Source: Candidatus Omnitrophota bacterium (GTDB taxonomy: Bacteria > Omnitrophota > Gorgyraeia > Gygaellales > Profunditerraquicolaceae). From it: a stretch of DNA of 64,000 bases. The position numbers and the translations under genes were made by a program. The notes beneath the pieces were generated by a model that worked only from the letters and a program-made list of their open reading frames with translations, was not told the DNA's origin and made no database searches. Location of the stretch: the NCBI GenBank assembly GCA_043812955.1, contig JBDRLN010000018.1, positions 13,849 to 77,848 on the forward strand, written 5' to 3'. Below, piece after piece: positions 30,901 through 45,900 of the stretch (position 1 is its first letter; each line of letters opens with the position of its first letter).

Positions 30901-33900
30901 CATTTTCTCGCTAGCCATATTTTCTAATGCCTGCGGGCTTTGAACTGTGATGCCTAAACCGAATCCATTAAACATCTCGGCATTAATCCCAAACGTCCTA
31001 GCGGCAAAATAGGAAACAAAATAATCATTGCCGATCGAATTATATAGGACATTGCCTCCTAAGACCCCCATTTTTTTCAGGAGATGTAATATTGTAATAT
31101 AGTGTATAAGGGCGTTATCTAATCTTAACTTGTCATACTTAATATAGTCTCTAGTCCTTAACCATGTTAACGTTTGCCGGTCTAAATGAATTTGGTCAAG
31201 TATCCTTTCTATGTCGTTTTCGAAGAATAAACGGTAGAAATATTCCTCATCTAAAGGCGAGCTGGACCCATTTCCACCCCGTAGGTGGAAATGGTTTGCG
31301 GCTGGCGAGCTTCCGACACAAAGCCTGGCGCTTGCCTGCCGGTCAGACAGGGATCCGCCACGTATTGTGGCGCGGGGCTGAAGCACTGGTTCCTCAAACC
31401 AATTCACTATCAATCTACGGGTTCCCGGGATCATCTCGCCACCATTGATGAGAGGGCTCGATGTCGAGGCGGAACGCTTATCCATTAACATTACCTCCGG
31501 GAAACCTTCACTCAGGAATTTTGCCAAAGTTTCAACTGCGAGCTCCGCATCTTCGCCTTCTGCAATAAGCTTTACCTGGGCTGCGCTTATCCATGAATCA
31601 ACGATAGCATCCGCAACCGCTGCCAGCGAATCCAGTATTTTTTTAAGATTTACGGTTTCATTTTTATGTTCTATATAGATACGGGATAAAAATTTATTAG
31701 CTAGCGCCACTAAATTGCTGATATCATGTTCGTGTACTTCTTCGCAATTATCAACTATACATATTTTTTCTATCCTTTTCAGAGTATTTTCTTCAGGTGA
31801 AGATTTTACCGGCGAGCTGGATATAACAAAACTGCTACTATTTACTTCTGCCATTTTCACTTTATCTAATTTATAATAAGTTGTATATACGGGATCAGGA
31901 ATATTAGAAACAATTCTAAAGGGATCTGATTTTTGAAAAATTAATGGGATGCCTAATCCGGCATTATAATTTACTATTTTCAAACCTTGATGTGGTATAA
32001 ATTTAAAATCTCTTCCCCAAACCTTTATACTCCGCAAAATTGTTTTAGGTTTTATGCAAACTAAATTTGCAAATCCTACTCCTTCCGGTTTCAGCCTCCT
32101 TTTAAGAACATTGTAAACTTCCACTCTATCTTTGAAATATTGGCCAACATTATACCCAACCACAAAGATATCAAATAGGCCGGCCCCCAGAAATAATTGG
32201 CCCTCGTTCAAATCCCGCAAAATAAAATTATTCCTAAGGTGTTGAGAGTATCTTTCCGCCCTATCTAGGTCTATTTTCACTCCTAACCTTTGCATAAATC
32301 GGCCGGCTATACTATTTGCGTCTATTTCAACGAGATCATGCTTCGCTAAGGAGTAAAAACTTATCCCCTCTATATTTATTCTTTCTTTTACTTCCAGCAA
32401 AAACATTAATTCAAAAAGTTCATAACCCCTGCCCGGGCCGACCCATAAAATACTGATTTCGGGATTTCTTTTCATACTTTTTTTAATTCTGCTTAAAATT
32501 GACTTATAGAGATGTCCGTCGAATGCTTGGTTAATCTCCCTGAAAAAGTGGCTAATATAACCTTCAGGATAGTTAATCATCGGCGAGGCGGCGGTATTGT
32601 TCCTTATGGCCGAATTGCGACCGGAATGAATCGTTTGATTGATGGATTCATTTTTTGACTCAATGCCAGACAATGGGCTAGATACAGCGTCTACATCTTC
32701 TTTTTTGCTTAAATTTGAAGATATCGATGAAGTAAAGATAAGCCTGTCCACCCAGAAAAAAATCGCCGCGCCGATTAAATTAGCTATGACCGTCGCAAAT
32801 AAGCTGACGCCTAACCACCAGACAACCAACCACAAAACAGGGGTACTCAACTGCCAACGGATAAGATAAAGAATAAACCTTTTTATTGATAGCCCGCTGT
32901 TCGTTTTTTCTGCCGGATTGCTGGATTCTTTCTCTACAGGCGAGGCGGCGGCATATATGTTATTGATTATAAAACTGGCTGAATAAACGGCAGGGTTTAA
33001 AAACGCAGCTTTAAAAATTAGCAGCGGCTTTGGACCTGCCCTGATAGGACAGCTATCCATCAGCGGACTTGAACCGGAGTTTTCCGTAGAATTATCGGTT
33101 AATGTAATAGCCTGGGCCAAGCTCTTGCCTTCCCAAAGTAACCTGGCTACAAAATATTTGGAAGGTACATCGTATGGAAAATAATAATCCAGCGCTCCAT
33201 ACAGCATCTTTCCGTATTTATAAGTCCAAACCGGTTCTCTTGATAGGTTATCCCATAAACTCACCCTGCTCGCATCCAGTAAATATTTCTGCAATATCCC
33301 TACCGGGACAGCGCTGGCGATCAATTCACCTTCTGAGATATATTTACCTTCGGTTTCGGAAGATTTAATCATCTGAGATAATAACCTTTTTTCTTCTAAG
33401 CGTATAAGATTTATTAAATTCGGCAATCCTTCCCGATGAGCCTTTCTCAATTTTCCTGGCCATAACGCGTGAATAAATTCATGGGCAACAGTTAGTTCGG
33501 AATTTAACTCTACTAAATCTTTTGACCAAAGTTTTCTCCGTTTAACCAATATAGTCCAATTGCCAAGCACGGACTTATAAGCTGTCCCTAAACCCGGACA
33601 ATAACCTCTACCTCGACAAAAATCATGTAGCCGATATTTTACATGCATATAAAAATACAAAATAATCGTAGAAATAGCGATGCTGATTAGGATAGAACTA
33701 AATTCGTTGTCCGGGATTAACCCAAAAGGCTTAATTATAAATTCAGCATATGCCCAGAAAACCGTAAAAGCAGGCAACCCCAACAATAAAAACCCGGCTA
33801 AAAAAATAACCGACTCGCCGATAAAACCTACCATGTTTAACCATGAAGTACGCGGCGTATACGGTCTAACCGTAATTGCCGAAATAAATTTTTTAATTTC

Positions 33901-36900
33901 CTCGGTTGGTATCTCCGGATATAGGCGCGCTGCTATCTCTTCCATTTTTTTGCGAGCAGATTTAGCGTATTTTTTTGAAAAAGATTCTAAACCAATCGCC
34001 TTCTCAATAAATGAATCGATCTTCCGCGTCCATAGCGGCGCAACTCCAAAAACTCTATTTGTTACCGGCGAGCTGGAACAGCCTTCAGCTTCGGATATTT
34101 TCTTCTGGCTTAGGCTGGCCAAATCGGCTATAAGCCGATCGAGTTCTTTTTTAAAAGCTTTTCCTGACTCCTGACTCCAGAAATAATTAAATACCTGGAC
34201 TCTGGATAAACCATTTAGAATATCGCAAAGCATAACTGGATCTATTTTCATTAATGGCTTAAGCCGGCAACAAAGATAGAGGTTAATATCGCTAATACTC
34301 AAATTATGAGCGCCTAACCACATCTCGCTATCCCGGATTAACAAACCTATCTCATGCTCTATCCTCGCTCGCCTATCAACTATTTCAATAGCCCTTAAGA
34401 AAATATATAATTTCTTAAAATATTCCCCCAATTTTAGCTGTAAAGCATTCTTTTGTTCTGCGCTGACGGTTTTCTCGCTACTTTTGATATATTGTATGCG
34501 CAGACGAACATTATTAATTAATTCAACCAATATCTCGCCGGGATTATAAATCTTTTCCTGAAAACCAAACTGGGGATGATTTAAAAACTCTTTTAAATCA
34601 CTGGGATAATTTCTGGCCCCAAGGCGTAAATTACTAGATCTTGCTATAACTAAAGCTTTCTGAATAACTCTGTTGTTATCCGCTGAATCTACCATTGTCA
34701 TAACAGAATTTAAAATACCGCTAATACTTACATCGCTACTCCCTTGAAAAATTTCACTCAGTAGCATTTTTTGTTTTTCCCAATCAGCGCCTATTCTGTT
34801 AAATGCCTCTTCAATTAAACGATTAGACAACAAGCTATTACTCTTAGCAGCCGGTGAGCTGGCAGAAACCATGCTTACTCCGATAATTACATCGAATTTC
34901 GCCCCGCTTAACTGTCTTATTTTGGCGTTGATTATTCTATCCATATACCGGTAGTTCTCGGGTAAAAACCTTATCCCATACTTTTTCTCTTCTTCTCTCG
35001 CAAATGCCAAGGTGGTATCGCTACGGAGAAAATTTTTCATCTGGGCTAAGGGGAACTTCGCAGAGAATCCCTTATTTTCAGTAAAAATAAATTTTGGAAC
35101 TCTGCGCTGCCTAATTCCGGAGCCGTTAAAAATGAAGGCTTTGATTGTCTTTACCACATAACCGTCATCTGCTTCTCCAAAATATACGATATTCCTTATA
35201 TTACTGAATCTGGGTTCGGTAAGCACCTGAAGGTGGGGCCTGCGCAATTTCGAAGTTCCGATTACCTGTTGATATAGCTTACGCAGGGTAAGATGGAATT
35301 TAAATTCAAAAACAGTATTATCGCTGATCGCGTCAAATTCCTTGCCCGCCCCCCTCTTATCATAAAAAATCGGGTTAACTGATTGCACAATGCCCAAACT
35401 TATACCTTCTAAAGTAGTCCCTCTTTTGATGATTGCCTCATAAAGCCCGGATATTTCTCCGGCTAGACCCAGGACCTGTCCATTGCCGCTTTCTCCCTTA
35501 TAAACCCCTTCTGCCATTTTAGTAATGGCATTATTAACAGCCGCTTGGACGACAGATTCATTTTTACCCTTATAAACAAACAGCTTCTGCATCTTAAGCC
35601 ATAATCTGTTAAAAGAGAAATCTCTAGCGGCAAAAGCACTGATTACCAGAAGGCATTCTTTTAATTCTTCCGGCAAGGAAGAAGTTTTTATCTGTGTAAT
35701 ATTTTCAAGAAGGCTTTCAAGCGGCGAGGCGGCCGGCGAGCTGACGCCCTCATGGTATAGCCACAACAAATCACTAATTATCTCAGCCTGCCATTCAGGG
35801 ATTAGCTTAAGAAATGACGCATGTGTTACAATTTCATCTGGGGAATTAATTTTTGCTATGCTGTTATCGGAGAGTTTGAGGTTCGTGGTAATATTTAATA
35901 CCAGCTCCGGAGGGGCGCGGGCTTCTTGAGCCAGGCATACTGCCAGCTTCTGCAAACCAGCTCGCGACCCCAGAGCAATCCTACCTTCAGCTAAAATCAC
36001 GCTATATTTACCATTATTCAATTTAAACTTAATCTTAGCAAACAATTCCTTGCCGTATTCCGTTTCTGCCTCCTGCTGATCCTGCGCAGATACATCCAAA
36101 TACGATCTGATCGGCGAATTTACGCCGTAGACGTATCCGCTTCCGGCGGTGAACTGTGCCGCCGGCGAGGCGGCGCCTTGGCGCAAATCAATAAATTCAA
36201 ACCCCTTAGAACTAGCAATATTGGGTAATCTCCAGGGTGTGTTATTATCAAATGGGGCTTGCGGGTTTACGGCTAAATCTAATACCATATCGAACTCGGT
36301 TTTAATCGTACTCCTCACTAAGCCCAGCTTGCTCCAAAAGTCAAACTGACATGGCAGAGCCTTTAAAACAATAAACTTTTGGAGATTTAGACTATGCGCT
36401 TCCTCTATAATTAATGAGCCTATTGCCGAAAAAAGCCCTTTTTCCTGAAATGACGGACTAATATTGATATCCGCACGCCGGTTATCAATAACCATAGCAG
36501 CTTCTCTTTTATCCACGCGGTAATGACAGTAGCCGCAGAAAGGTCGTTCTGTTTCTATAAATTTATATCCTTCTCCCTGATAAAGTTTATCTTGATTAAT
36601 CCTATGTAAATCAATACTGATTAATGCTTCGCTGGGTATTTCCTTTTGCCTTAATGTAAAAAGCTCTTCTTTAATTAAGACAACCAACTGCAACACGCCG
36701 AATTGTTCTTTTTCTAATAACTCAGCGTTATCTAAACTAATTTTAACTGGCGAGCTGGAACCCCTGGAGCCCGATACCGGCAAAGCAGCAGATGATCCGG
36801 CTAGATAGACGGATTCAAAATCCGACTTTCTTTTGCCGCTAGAATTAGTAAACAAGGCTTTGGTGATTGATTCTAAACTAAGGCCGCGGCCATAAAGACA

Positions 36901-39900
36901 GTAGCCCACTCCTTTTTCCAACCTCTCTTCTTTAATACCGAAATGCCGGAATAAACCCGGCTGCTGCAGATAAACATAATATTCATTTACTGAACGCTCT
37001 AAAGCTCTTCTTAACATACAATAAATAAGAAAAGAGCCCAATCCTTCATTCCAATAATCTTCTTTTATCTTTAAATAACTTTCTCGCTCGTGCCCCATTT
37101 TGAGCTCATTTATAAGAATATAAAATAAGATATTTCCTACTCGCGATTCTTTAAAATCAGGCACGTCAACTTTTAGAATTAAATAATGAAATTGTTCACC
37201 TTGGCTTAAATTGATAAAGGTGCGCTTTTCTCTTACTATAAACATCCCTTTCCTGTTTTTTATGCCTCCAATTAGCCTGCCGTCTATCGCCTTAAGCGTG
37301 ATCTGCCTTAGCGCATACTCAAGGCCGTTTCTTTCAACGCCTGAATTGCCCGCCGGCGAGCTGGAAATTGTATTAAATTCTTGGGGACTAAATAGAATCT
37401 TTACGTCCGCGCCCCGATACAAACAGATCCCTTCTCTCCTTCTTATCGTCCGTCTGTTTAACTCTAAACCATACTGTTTCTTATAAATATCTTCCGCTAA
37501 ATCAGCAACTAAATAAGGGTTCCCGGGAAGGAAGTAGTAATCTGGGCCGAATTCTACTAAGATATCGATCATATCTATAAACAGCCTATTTAAACCCGCG
37601 CTATTTACGGCTTTTCTCAAAATAAAAAACTGGGCATAGGCATATTTATGAAAACCTGCGTCATAGATTGTGTTTGAACTTATAAACTTAAACGCTGATT
37701 TAAAAATACAATATGTGAATTCATTTCTTTGCTCCTGTCTAATCTTTAGTTGATTTAGTAGGACAGCCGCTGTAAATTCTGCAACAAATTCCTGTAATCC
37801 GGCAAAGGCTCTATATTTTGAATCAACGGAAAGCGGATTAGAATTATCCTTTAATTTTACAATAAACGATTGATTAGGGAAAAGAGCGTAAAGCCAATTA
37901 TGGCCTATTTCATGCGCGATTATTCTTAGGATTCCTTCAATACCATGGCTCAAATAATAGCCCTTAAGCCTGGCATAGTCATATTTAAAATTCGCGTTGG
38001 CTGTTCCACGATAAGAACCTATATCTAAATTCTGTATAATCTTTTGCGTAATACGCCTAACTATCGCGGGCGTAAATAAGGTATCTAATGACAATAACTG
38101 TACCGAAAGCGCAATATTCCACCCCAATAACTCTTCTTGAATCATTTTTAGCGTATTGTATTTAAAATACCGGTCTATCTTTTCTCGATACTCCATAGAT
38201 ACAAGTTTCTCGTTCAAATCACTCCTTACCAGATCGATTGAACGCCGTAGCAAAAAATTGATCCGCGAATTAATTAATAGGATTAGTTGATGGGTTCCAA
38301 CTGGCCATTTACCAGTTGCCGGCGAGCTGGCCTGCGGCGCCAGCGGCGAAGAAACAAATTCAAATTCTGATGGGTTTCTTTGGACCTTGATTCTTACACC
38401 AAGATGATCCGAGGCCAAGAAGATTCCTCCTTCATTTTTTATAACTTTTAATCCCTCAAATAGTTTCTTTAAACGTTCCTGATTCACTTCATCTGTTTTA
38501 AATAAAGAACGATACTGGGATATATACTCGTTAAAGGTGGGTTTAATGGTAACCGTATCAACAAAATCTCCATTCTCTGCCCAACGAAACACCCTAAAAA
38601 CAAGATTATAAATATACCAAAGAAACATTATCTCTGGATTTATCGCTGCTAACTCATCATCTATGACTTTATAACTACTCTTAAGCCTCCCATCGGGAAA
38701 TTTTATTATCATTTTATTAACATACCCTACAAATTTGCTTACCCTCCATTCAGACACCGGCGGGCTTGAGTCGAGAACCTCATTTTTTTCTATTTCTACA
38801 AATATTTCCGGGTATAGTTTCTTTAACCATGGCGTAATTTGTACGTCATTTTCTTTATAGATCACCTTAAATCTCTCTCCCAATTCTTCCGTAAATGGCA
38901 ATTGCATGCGGCCATCCGCCAAAGAATGGCCCCTAAGTATGAGCTTAAGCGCTGCGTCAGTAAGTTTAAGGCTAACTTTCGGATTTTCATTTTTATAATA
39001 TAGACTTAAAAGATACCAAACTTCACCGATATATATCGGAATATTTAAAGATTCATGATAAGACATATCTGGCTCTCTTTTTATTACCTCATCCGCGCAA
39101 TAGTTAAACATATCCACAATTAAATCTTCCGGCAGCTGACATAGTATAACGAAAAGTTCTTTATGTACGCTTTCACTTTCTAAAAATAGATAATATATAT
39201 TACTAGGATCAATATAATAATAAGCTTTCATGACTTCCCTTACCCACCTTGCCGTACTTTCATAGTCACCCCCTATCTTAAGATTGCGTAGTTTATCCTC
39301 TATTTCTTGAATAGATATTCCTTTGGGTGGAAAAAGATACCGTCCCTCCTTTAAAACGCTCATATCAGGCGTTCCCCATTTCCATTCCCGCTGCCGCCAA
39401 TAGGGATGCATATTAGTCTCAACCGGCGAGGCGGCGGTTTCACTCCTGACCCTGCTTTCATCCGCCGGCGAGCTGGCATAAAGCGTAGATGCCGGTATTA
39501 TTTTTCCGTCTACGGTTGCATCATTACCGCTAACCAATAAAGCAGAATAATCTCTCCGCAGAGAACCAGTAATGGCTCTGTGAAGATGTGCCGGCAAAGG
39601 CACCTCTTCACCCTGTTCTATCAAAACATTCGTAAAAAATATGGCTTCTGCTCTGTGTTGCGTTAACATGCCACTCTGCGCCGGATCTAAGAGATCGATA
39701 TATTTCGGCTCTACCAACGCGCGGATGTTGTTTTTCAAACGACAATAACGCGTGTCGTCCTTTACGATTTCGAAAAAGATATCAAAGTTTTCTTGTGTTA
39801 TACACTCGCAGACATAGGCAAGCTTATAAATACCCATTTTTACCGCGTATAAAAGCGGTATATTTTTATCCCAAGCCTCTATTCCTATGCTCCATGGTAA

Positions 39901-42900
39901 AGAAATAGCAAGGTTATCTTTCGCACGCAAACCTCCCCGTTTACCATAGAGGGCCATCAGGATAGAGTACGGCTGGTCTCCGCGCGAACAACCCAGGGAT
40001 TTTATGGTGAGGTGAAAATCTTTTTTCTTTTGTTTTTCTGGTACGAGCATATTGAGAAAGTTATCTAGATTCCATCGGTCAACGAATCTAAACAATGTCG
40101 ACATTTTCTCAGCTTCATTCAAGGGCACAAAACCGTTAAAAATCGCTCTGGTAATATAGCGGCGCTCTGTAGCATGGTCAGCCCCTGTTTTTTCGAGTAC
40201 CTCCAGATACCCGGTCAAATCGGTCTTCCAAGAACGGGCGCGCGATGCAATAAAATCCTGACATACCTCTGCCAGAAAGACTGGCAGCTCGACAGTAGCA
40301 AGACGGAAACTAAACACGGGTATTGTTTGATTTATGAACTGAGACAGATAATGCAAATCTTCGCCATTAAGAATAAAACGGATAACTTCCTCTGTTTTTT
40401 TATCCGCCGGCGAGCTCCCGCCACAAGGCGTGTCGCCTGCCTGCCGATCAGGCAGGGATCCGCCACGTATTGTGGCGGAGGACTGATCCACCGGTGAGGC
40501 GGCGATCTTAGTTAATTTATACACAAAGATACCGCCAAACGGAGCACTTAAGACGTGGAAACAATCTAAAACAGAATGCCTAAATTTACCTTTAAGTTCT
40601 TTGGCTAACCGCAAAGCAGGCGGATACTGTGAACGTAAATCCGGATAAGGTATTATAATTGTGCCATTTTTCTTAAGGAAGCCGGGAGACTCGGTAATGA
40701 AACGTGAGGTTAACCTGAATTTAGGATCGTGCGTAGCAAGATGTTCCGGTTTCTCAATAGGCATATCTACGAAAGGCGGATCAAATATTATGTAATCAAA
40801 TTTTCTGTCATTAGGAATGTTAGAAAAAAGATCGCTTACGATAGCTTCTGCCTTGTCTTCCAAGCCGGTAATTCTAAAATTCAGGTTAGCATTATCTACT
40901 TGCTCTTTGAATGCGTCAACCGCTAAAACAGAACCGCCCTTCAAGGCGGCTATTATAGCTTGAATGCCGGAGCCTGTGCCCATATCCAAAACTTCCTTAT
41001 TCCTGAAATCCGCCTTATTGAACAGCGCGTTTGCTAATATTGCGGTAATTAACATATCAGGTGGGTATGTTCCCGGAAAACTAACGATTACCGGAACCGG
41101 TTGGTCCGGGAAATACCTTTTGATCCCAAAAACGATTGTGTTTAACTTGAATTGGCGCTTAGTTACTGAAACTACATCCTCTGATTGGCCGGCCGGCGAG
41201 CTGGAGTGTTTCTTTTTTAGGATCTTTTGTTCAAAATATTCTTCTATTATTAATGCCGGGTCGACCGGCAAACTGGATAATTTACTAGGGTTGTCCGCCC
41301 GCAAAACGGCGTCCTGATTAATATCTATCGATACATAAGAATCAGTGTGACTTTTTGATTCACGTAGAATTCCTACTAAACACTTAACAATAACGGTTGG
41401 AATGGCAAAAATTAAATAGAAGGAAAGATAGAACTGCCAGGTAAAATAAGGTTCGGCTGCCACAAGATATAAATCTAGAATAAAAGCCGTAAGCCAGGGG
41501 ATAATGATCAACTCTGAACTCGTAGACCAGTACGTAGAAATAAATTTTAAAACAATAGGATTAATCTTTTCTTTAGAAAAAGATATTTGGATTTCTCCTT
41601 TGAAGAACAACGTCAGAAATGTTTTTAAAGAGATTGATTCCCAAATTATTTCTTGCGGCAATAATTTCTTAAGAGTAAAGGGGATGTGCAAGATTCTCCA
41701 AAGGTTAAAAGTTATCCAAGTTGAAATAAAAAGTGAGCCAAACATTCCATATGTCAATATGAGCGGGCTTTTAAAATTCCAGCCATTAAACCAAAATAGA
41801 AATATTAGATTCGCACTTCCAACAAAACCGCCTACTTCAATCAAAGAAGGCACCATGATCTGGCCTATAAACCACCCTATCTTCGGCAATCCGAATTTCA
41901 TAAATAGTTTTTGAAGGTAGGAATAAAATCGTTGTAAGAACGGCCAGCCAATGAATACTACATTGACTCTTGGTATATTGGAACGGCCAACCGGAGAGCT
42001 GGAGGGGCGCAAATAAATTTCTACCACTGATTTCAATATTTCTATTTGTTTTTGTTCCGGCAATGTAAAAAGGTAGGGATTAATTAAAAAACGTGTTAAG
42101 GAACGGTGGGCTATAATAATATATTCCGGAGGTGCGGTAGCCATATGATAACTAGTCAATATTAAACGATTTTTTAACTTTTCCTTCATGCCGGAGACAG
42201 CGCCGGCATAATTATCGCCATATAATAAATAAATTGATTTGGGTAATCTTAACGGCCCCATTACACTCAGTTTAGAACATTCCTCTTGGACAAATGTATG
42301 GATTATGTCAACCCTAACTCCGAACTTTTGAATTAATCTGCCTGTTATTATATTAATATCAGCAGCATCTACCCTCTTCATCTTTGGCCATAATCTAACA
42401 GATAATAATTCAGTTAACGTTGCCAATTTTATCTTATCATTATTATCTTTGGAAATTTCCGCCGGCGAACTGGAATAAAATAGCTCCCATAAACCTTTTA
42501 TCCGCTCATCTACAGAGACTGCCCGACTTCCGATAAACCAAAGACTGCTCTTTCGGGCATTAGGAAATCTATCATAAACAATACATTTACCTATCCTGAT
42601 AGAATCTCCGATTGCTTTCTTATTTTCTCTAAGCCATCCTGCTAATGAATCGTCATACCTGGATGAATCTTCAGCAAAGATTTCTTTATATGCCCCTGCT
42701 ATTTTGCTAAATTCTTCCTCTAGAATACCAAACCCCCCAGGGTTAGCTGTAATAGGCAACATAAGATAAAATTGCGCGCCGGGCTGATTTTCCCTGTATT
42801 TATGTGCAGCTATACTTTTAATAGCGTTAGCAACGCAGGTAGTTAGGTTACATCCAAATATAATAAAATGTTTCCCGGCAAAGAATTCTTTACGCAGCTC

Positions 42901-45900
42901 GAATTCACCTGCCCCAATCCATCCGAAAAATTCGTTTGATATATTGGATTTTTCCTCAATAATACGGTTGTCGTCAACGTTTTGCATGACCTCTAATTTA
43001 TAATTAAACCCGGTAAACAAATCACCAATCTTATCTGCCATCTTATCTGCCCTAGCAATATCCAGTTTGCTTATCAGGCCTTCCGTATGTACTCCTATAA
43101 CCCTATAATCTTGCGGGATAAATAAACGCTTTACCAGCGGCGAGGCGGCAACAGGTGAGCCGGGAAAACCGTTATTTACAGCTTGAGTAATACTATTTAA
43201 AAAATCCCGGTTGATAAACGCATTTTCTTGAACAGGTAACAGCCGGCTCAAAATCATCCTTAATATAGCTGGATGAATATTTTCCTCTTCCAAGGTGGAA
43301 ATAATCCCGTAAACCATCAGACGTTCTCTTAAAGCCATGCCTTTTTTGGTACGTGCAACAAGGCTGACTTGCGTTGCTTCCTGATACCGCCGCATGGCTT
43401 CTAACACCGTAATTGCCCCTAATCCTTTCTGGATTGGGCTCCCAAGCTCAATACATAATAAACGAAGTTTATCTATATCGTAAGAATAGTCGAGCCAGCT
43501 TATCACTTTATTATTTTCTACCTCCATTACTTCTAACCTGCTTATTCCATTTGGCTCAGGCCCGTTATGCGCGGGGTAAAAAACATTTAAAAGTATATTT
43601 TTAGCTAGCTCTGCCGCACCATTATTAAACCGAAACGTGGATCCTTTATAAACATCCTGCCAGAGATGTTTCCACTGGCTGAGTCCACTAGAAAGATACT
43701 CCGCTGGCGAGCTGGACTGGCTTACGCCTCCCCGAGCCATTTTTTCCGCCCAAGCCTTATTGAGCACTCGTTTTATTACAGGTATACCTTCTGCGGGACA
43801 ATAATTCTTAGATTCGGCAGCTATAATACCTTTTATTTTTATACCTCTTGCTTCCAACGCCATAAATAGCTGGCGGGCTTCCTGCAATAAGATATTCTCT
43901 GGAATATCAACTCTTCGCCCAATTATCTGCCCAGTATTGTCAAAATCTATAGCCCAAGTCCCTTTGTGAAGGAAATAATCGGAACAGATACTTACCCAAG
44001 CTGGTTCATCTATATCGGGCAGTTCACGAAAAAAACTCCTCACTGTAATCACTTTAATCCCTTCAATAAACCGTCTTGGCACTTGCTCTATCTGATAAAC
44101 GGGATGGATCAGAAAATAATCTTTTATCTGTCCCGTAATTTCGCCTTTGGTAACCCAATTACTTTCGGTTCTAAAAAATGGCTTGTTAGCTTTTATAGCT
44201 TCGTGGATTTTATGGTCTCCTCTATCCGCATGAAAATCAAAGATTAAGACAATTTCGTCTTGTCCAAGCATATCCAGTGTTTTATCATGGGTATCAACAA
44301 AGATTATGCCTGAAGAAAACATAACTTCCACCGGCGAGGCTGAACTATTAAGCACCTTAACTTCATATAAGAAAACAGGATGAGAAAAACTTGTATCTGC
44401 GATTTCAACCTTAACTAATTTTGCGATGCCGCTCCGGGAAAGCACTCTTATTGTTTCTTTTTCTGCTGTTCCCAATTTATCGCCTAATATTGCGGCGCAA
44501 AAAGTCTGGCCGGTATATATAAAATCAAAAACATTACTCATAAACGGAATATTCCGGACATCCGCCTGCGCAATAAAAACTCTAGAGCGCTCTTCCCCTG
44601 TAAATTTATTTAACTCCTTGCGCAAATTACGGATATTTTTATCCCAAAATTCAATTACGTATATTTGAACATCGGGAGCGGTTATTTCCAATAAATATTT
44701 TACCTCTCCCAGCGTAGGGCCGGGTCCTATCACACATATACGCTTAACACCCTCCGGAAGATATTTAATCGTTGTTTTAATAAGGCTATGTACAAATGAA
44801 CGCTCAGGAAAGAAATAATCTAAGAGGCTTCTTCTATAATAGTAACGGCCGGCAAGTCCCGGGTAATCCCTTAAATTATTCCTTACCGGATCATTGTATT
44901 TTTTAAAAATCGGCGAGGCCGCGGAATATATGTTATTAATTATAGTGTTGGCCGAAAATACGGAATGGCTTATAAGAAATGTATTTTGCGGATTTTCCAC
45001 ATTAATAACAGGGCTGCTGGTTATTTTCTCTATTTTCAGGTGAGTTGTTACTGCGCCTTTTACACCCCCCTGCATGATCCTTCTTAGAATATTTTCGATG
45101 GCTTTTTTGTCTTCGGGGTATATGATTCTTTCTAGCAGTCTTTCCAGCCAAACAACAGATTCCTTAACGCGTAATAAATATAAGCTATCCACCGCAGAAA
45201 ATACTTCTTCCCTGTTGCGAACAAGGTCGGCTTCCAACATCCGCATTAAACAGCTAACTATCTGTGCTTTTTCTTTATCATTTAGCATATTGTTAAACCA
45301 CTTCCTAAAACTAACCCTTATCTTCTTTTTTGCATCTTTCATTGGTGCCCTATCAAATAAATAAGGTATAGCTATATTTCGAAACAAAAATCTTCTTAAA
45401 TCTTCATCATTCGGAATTTGTAGATCTTTCTTTTCTTTCCGCAGTAAATTCCTTATATTGCTGACATCTTCAACGCTTAATCCCTGGCCGTGCGCCTTAA
45501 AAATTGAAGCCAAAAATAAACTCAACCATGTTTCTTTTTCAAGCCCCTTTCTTCCGATCCCTAAATTGTTTAATCTCTTCAGATAAAGTTCTGGATTAGA
45601 TATTGGAGATTTGGTCTGCGCCAGCGGCGAGCTGCTGAAAACAGGCAGATTGATTTTATACTGCGGCTTGCTTCTTACTTCTTGGCCAACAACAAAAGTA
45701 AACCCGTCAGGAAGGATACTGCCTATTCTGGTAACCAATGTTTCAAAGATAAATTTGTAATGCTTAGAAATATCATCTTCTTTTAATCCTATCTTCTTTC
45801 TTATCGCATCTATTTCTTTAAATGTAATTTTGTCCTTTTTTTCTGAAACAAGCTCAACTGAATGTATTCGCCAATTAACCGTTAGCCGAGCTATGTACTC

